A stretch of 64,000 nucleotides of DNA from an uncultured Acidobacteriota bacterium (GTDB taxonomy: Bacteria; Acidobacteriota; Polarisedimenticolia; J045): positions 128,001 through 192,000 of the forward strand of contig CAVPCQ010000032.1 in assembly GCA_963702425.1 (NCBI GenBank), written 5' to 3'. Both the position numbers and the translations under genes were made by a program. Each line of letters begins with the position of its first letter. The first letter of the stretch is position 1. Under the pieces are notes generated by a model, which did not search any database, was not told the DNA's origin, and saw only the letters and a program-made list of their open reading frames with translations. Shown in pieces: positions 60,428 to 64,000 of this stretch.

Positions 60428-61759
60428 TCACAGGCGGCCGATGGCCAGCTTCAGGCGGGCCTCGGCGAGCAGGACATCGCGGCGTGCGGAGACTTCGCGG
60501 GTGCGGGAGGAGGTCAGCGCGGTCTCGGCGGCCAGCAGCTCGACCAGCGTCGTCAGCCCCTCCTTGTAGCGGTCCTCGACGATCACGAGGCTGGCCTCCG
60601 CGGACTCGATCGCCTTGGCCGCGTGTCCGAGGCTCTCGCGCGAGGCCTTCAGATCGTAGAACGCCTGCCGCACCTCGAGACCGGCCATCTGGCGCAGGTG
60701 GTTCGCGTATTCGGTCGCCTGGCGCTGCTGCTCCTCCGCGCGGCGCACGCGGGAGCGCGTGCCGAAGCCATCGAACGCGTTCCAGGTGACGGTGCCCATC
60801 ACGGTCCAGTTGGTGCCGTCGGCGCCGATGAAGTCCTCCGCGTTCGCCTCGTAGGCCCCACCGACGCCGATTTCGGGCAGGTAGCCGGCGCGCGCCACCT
60901 TGATCATCTTCTCTGCGGCACCGGTCCGCGCGACTGCGGCCTTGAGATCGGGGCGCGCGTCGATCGCCTCCTTCGTCAGCGCGTCGAGATCGCTCTCGGT
61001 GAAGACCGGAACGTCGACGCTCGCCGGCAGCGCGTGGGGCGTGTCGAGCGGCAGCCCCATGGCGAGGTTCAGCCCGGCGCGCGCCACCGCCGCCTGGCTG
61101 TCGGCGCGGGTCAGCATGTCCCTCAGCTCCAGCTCGCGGACCTCCGCCTGGAGCAGGTCGGAGCGGACGACCATCCCGGTCTCGACCATGTCGCGCACGA
61201 GCTTGACGTGGGCTGACGCCGTCTTCAGCCCCTCGCCGGCGACGCCGCGGGTGCTCTCGGCCAGCACGGCGCCGCTGTAGGCCTCGATCACCCGCTGCGT
61301 GACCTGCTGGCGCGCCGTGTCGCGGTCGGCCGCCGCGGCCGCCGCCCCCAGCTCGGCCGCCGCGACCCCGCCGGCGATCTTCCCGCCGCTCCAGATCGGC
61401 TGCATCACGGCCAGCTTGGTGTTCCAGTTGTTGGTGGCGGGCGGCTCGTTGAGGAAGTTCGGATCAAAGTTGGCCGGGCCGAAGCGCTCCTGCGACAGGA
61501 GGTCGCTGAAGACCAGGACCGGGTTGGTGCTGCGCGACGCGAACTCCGAGAGCTGAACCCGGGGGAGGCGCCAGGAGCGGGCCTCGTCGACCTGCGCCTC
61601 GGCCGCACCAACCCCGGCGTCGGCCGCGCGCAGCAGCGGGTTCTGCTCGAGCGCGGTCGCGACGGCCTCGTCGAGCGTCAGCGGGGCGGCCTCGGCCGCA
61701 GCGGCCGGCCGGGCCAAGCCCAGCGCCAGGATTACCAGGCCAAGTACGATGCGCTTCAT
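60428..61759 (-). CDS. TolC family outer-membrane efflux protein
   Basis: MKRIVLG signal peptide; LTLDEAVATALEQNP; RPDLKAA; RYKEGL. GAGG RBS upstream. Confidence 0.93.
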   Translation of the reverse strand: MKRIVLGLVILALGLARPAAAAEAAPLTLDEAVATALEQNPLLRAADAGVGAAEAQVDEARSWRLPRVQLSEFASRSTNPVLVFSDLLSQERFGPANFDPNFLNEPPATNNWNTKLAVMQPIWSGGKIAGGVAAAELGAAAAAADRDTARQQVTQRVIEAYSGAVLAESTRGVAGEGLKTASAHVKLVRDMVETGMVVRSDLLQAEVRELELRDMLTRADSQAAVARAGLNLAMGLPLDTPHALPASVDVPVFTESDLDALTKEAIDARPDLKAAVARTGAAEKMIKVARAGYLPEIGVGGAYEANAEDFIGADGTNWTVMGTVTWNAFDGFGTRSRVRRAEEQQRQATEYANHLRQMAGLEVRQAFYDLKASRESLGHAAKAIESAEASLVIVEDRYKEGLTTLVELLAAETALTSSRTREVSARRDVLLAEARLKLAIGRL

Positions 61760-61836
61760 GGCGATGTCACCCTCGCGGGGCCCGGCGGGACCGCCGGGCC
61801 GGCGGATAGCGCAGAGATGCCGCGGCGGGGGCCGGG

Positions 61837-62914
61837 TTACAGCCAGCGGCGGGTCCGGAACCAGAGGTACATCCCGAGCGCCGCGGCCGCCATCAGGCCG
61901 AGCGCTCCGTACCAGCCCGAGACCTGCTCCTTCCCGGGGAACAGGACGTTCATCCCGCCGACGCTGGCGATGAAGGTCATCGGCATGAAGATCGTGCTGA
62001 TCAGGGTCAGGGCCTTCATCACCTCGTTCAGCTTGAGGCTGACGGCGTTCAGGTAGAGGTCGTGCACGGTGCCGACGACGTCCCGCAGGTTCTCCAGCAT
62101 GTCGATCAGCTGGATCGTGTGATCGTAGATGTCGCGGAAGTAGATTCGGGATTCGGGGCGCAGAAGCGCCGCTCTCGCCCCGCTCGAGCCAGGAGATGAC
62201 CTCGCGCATCGGCCAGACGGTCCGGCGCATCTCGATCAGCGAGCGCTTCATCGCCAGCACGCTCTCGATCGTCTCACGACTTGGATCGGAGAGGACCCGG
62301 TCCTCGAGGTCCTCGAGCTTGACGCCCAACTGCTCCGTGATGACGAAGTAGTTGTCGACGATCGTATCGAGCAGCCGGTACATGAGGTAATCGACGCTTC
62401 TCTGGCGCGCCTGGGCCTGACCCTGCGCGATGCGCGACGCGATCCCGCCGAACAACGTCGGCTGCTGCTCTTCGAAGGTGATCAGCCAGTCCTTCCCGAG
62501 CACGAAGCTGACCTGCTCGGCCACCACCTCGCCCGACTCCGCGTCGAGTGACAGGTTGCGGACCACGACGAAGAGATAGTCGCCGTAGTCGTCGCACTTG
62601 GGGCGCTGGCCGACGTTGACGATATCTTCGACGACCAGCGGGTGCAGGCCGAACATCTCCGCCACCTTCTGGATCTGCGCGACATCGTGCACCCCGTCGA
62701 TGCAGATCCAGCTCGGCCGCCCCGAGTCGCGGAACCGGGGAAGATCGGACGGCTTGACGTCCGCGTGGAGCGATGCCGTCGCGGTGTCGTAGTCGAGGAC
62801 GCTGATCCGGATCGGGCGCGCGACCTCGGCCCCGGTGTAGACGGGGGTGCCGGGGGGGAGTCCGGCCTTCTGCGCGCGGTGGCCCCGGGCAGCTTTGCGA
62901 CGGCGTCGGCTCAC
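61837..62914 (-). CDS. corA: Magnesium/cobalt transporter CorA; one frameshift near 62170
   Basis: KAGLPPGT, HPLVVEDI, QRPK, DTIVDNYF, LNEVMKALT, GMN. An extra G near 62170 splits the frame. Confidence 0.92.
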
Positions 62915-63007
62915 GGCCGGATTATCGCCGTGTCCAGTTTGACGGTCCACGGGGGCTCCCGGAGAATGGGGCGGTCCCAGTCCACACGCTCACCGGAGGA
63001 GAGACCG

Positions 63008-63424
63008 ATGGCTCAGCTCAAGGGGTCCAGGACCCACCAGAACCTCAAGGACGCGTTCGCCGGGGAGTCCCAGGCCAACCGCCGCTACCTCTACTTCGCC
63101 AAGCAGGCCGACATCGAGGGCTACCCCGAAGTTTCCGGGCTGTTCCGCGACACCGCGGAGGGCGAGACCGGCCACGCCCACGGCCACCTCGACTACCTGA
63201 GAAAGGTCGGCGATCCCGCGACCGACCTGCCGATCGTCGGCGTCGACGAGATGCTCAAGTCGGCCGTCGCGGGCGAGACCCACGAGTACACCGACATGTA
63301 CCCGGGGATGGCCAAGACCGCCCGCGAGGAAGGCTTCGCCGAGATCGCGGACTGGTTCGAGACGCTGGCCAAGGCCGAGCGCTCGCACGCCGGCAAGTTC
63401 CAGAAGGCCCTCGGTACGATCTGA
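63008..63424 (+). CDS. rbr: Rubrerythrin (short form without a rubredoxin domain)
   Basis: [38 protein letters not shown]; GGAGG RBS. Confidence 0.95.
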   Translation: MAQLKGSRTHQNLKDAFAGESQANRRYLYFAKQADIEGYPEVSGLFRDTAEGETGHAHGHLDYLRKVGDPATDLPIVGVDEMLKSAVAGETHEYTDMYPGMAKTAREEGFAEIADWFETLAKAERSHAGKFQKALGTI

Positions 63425-63450
63425 TCCACCGCACCGCGCACGACGGATCC

Positions 63451-63477
63451 GCGGGGCGGCGCACGGCGCCGCCCCGC
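63451..63477 (+). terminator. Perfect 12-bp stem-loop after rbr
   Basis: GCGGGGCGGCGC-acg-GCGCCGCCCCGC; no U-tract. Confidence 0.5.
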
Positions 63478-63509
63478 TCACCCGCCACCCGTCTTTGGGA
63501 GGCCCTCCG

Positions 63510-64000
63510 ATGAGTGACGCGAAGGACCTGGACCCGATCCGCTACGCCCCGACCGACGGCCTGACCTACAACCCGAACGAGGCCCGGTACTGGGACCCGT
63601 CCGCGCTGCAGCAGGAGGTCGACCGGATCTACGACCTCTGCCACGGCTGCCGGATGTGCTTCAAGTTCTGCCAGTCGTTCCCGACGCTCTTCGAGGCGGT
63701 CGACACGCACGGCGACGTGCGACGGCTCCCGGCCGCAACCCACCGCCGGATCGTCGACGAGTGCTTCCAGTGCAAGCTGTGCTACTCGCAGTGCCCCTAC
63801 ACCGAGGCCGAAGGCCACGAATTCAAGGTCGACTTCCCGCGCCTGATGCTGCGCGCCAAGGCGATCCGCGTCCGCAAGGAGGGGCTGGGGCTGCGCGAGA
63901 AGCTGCTCTCCGACCCCGACCGGATCGGGAAGCTGGGCGGTCTCATGCCCGGGCTCGCCAACTGGGGCAACCGCTTCCGGCCCAACCGGATCGCGATGGA
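63510..64000 (+). CDS. Fe-S oxidoreductase (GlpC/HdrD-like, rubrerythrin-associated); runs off the window end
   Basis: Manual translation: MSDAKDL...CHGCRMCFKFC...CFQCKLCYSQCPY...VDFPRLMLR. Confidence 0.9.
   Translation, partial: MSDAKDLDPIRYAPTDGLTYNPNEARYWDPSALQQEVDRIYDLCHGCRMCFKFCQSFPTLFEAVDTHGDVRRLPAATHRRIVDECFQCKLCYSQCPYTEAEGHEFKVDFPRLMLRAKAIRVRKEGLGLREKLLSDPDRIGKLGGLMPGLANWGNRFRPNRIAM

Noticed and set aside
60428-62950. Apparent CorA-TolC fusion (840-aa track ORF)
   Set aside because: A single-base frameshift in corA near 62170 runs into the tolC frame. TolC has its own RBS, ATG (61759) and signal peptide.

Overview
Very GC-rich bacterial chromosomal window. Gene content suggests an Acidobacteriota-like diderm (inference, not tested). 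I found no rRNA, tRNA, CRISPR array or transposase. Left to right: a ~6.56-kb-period tandem duplication (HMA lipoprotein plus M36/M4-like multidomain metalloprotease, first copy truncated) with a GT-C-like membrane gene between the copies; YbhB/YbcL, an M29 aminopeptidase and a secreted SGNH hydrolase; two tandem modules of a membrane Ser/Thr kinase-TPR followed by a small unknown protein; an ABC-2 exporter; two giant FG-GAP repeat proteins divergent from an ECF sigma/anti-sigma/exported CHAT protease operon; a second ECF operon; glutathione peroxidase; an RDD-SpoIIM-DUF4129-DUF4350-MoxR-DUF58 operon; a spermidine-synthase-like membrane protein; a TolC-MFP-RND-PII-like operon; corA; and rubrerythrin plus an Fe-S oxidoreductase. 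Best leads: (1) an unannotated 52-aa membrane microprotein ending the RND operon, with an in-frame TGA, a U-x4-C motif and a SECIS-like hairpin (candidate selenoprotein); (2) a shared C-terminal domain on four exported proteins, ending in Cys-Pro-stop in three of them (candidate sorting signal); (3) kinase partner proteins sharing a KTxIRIxKxR motif; (4) a CHAT protease predicted to be extracytoplasmic, encoded next to an anti-sigma factor. Several genes carry single-base frameshifts that may be sequencing errors. All family assignments come from motif recognition by eye, not database searches.
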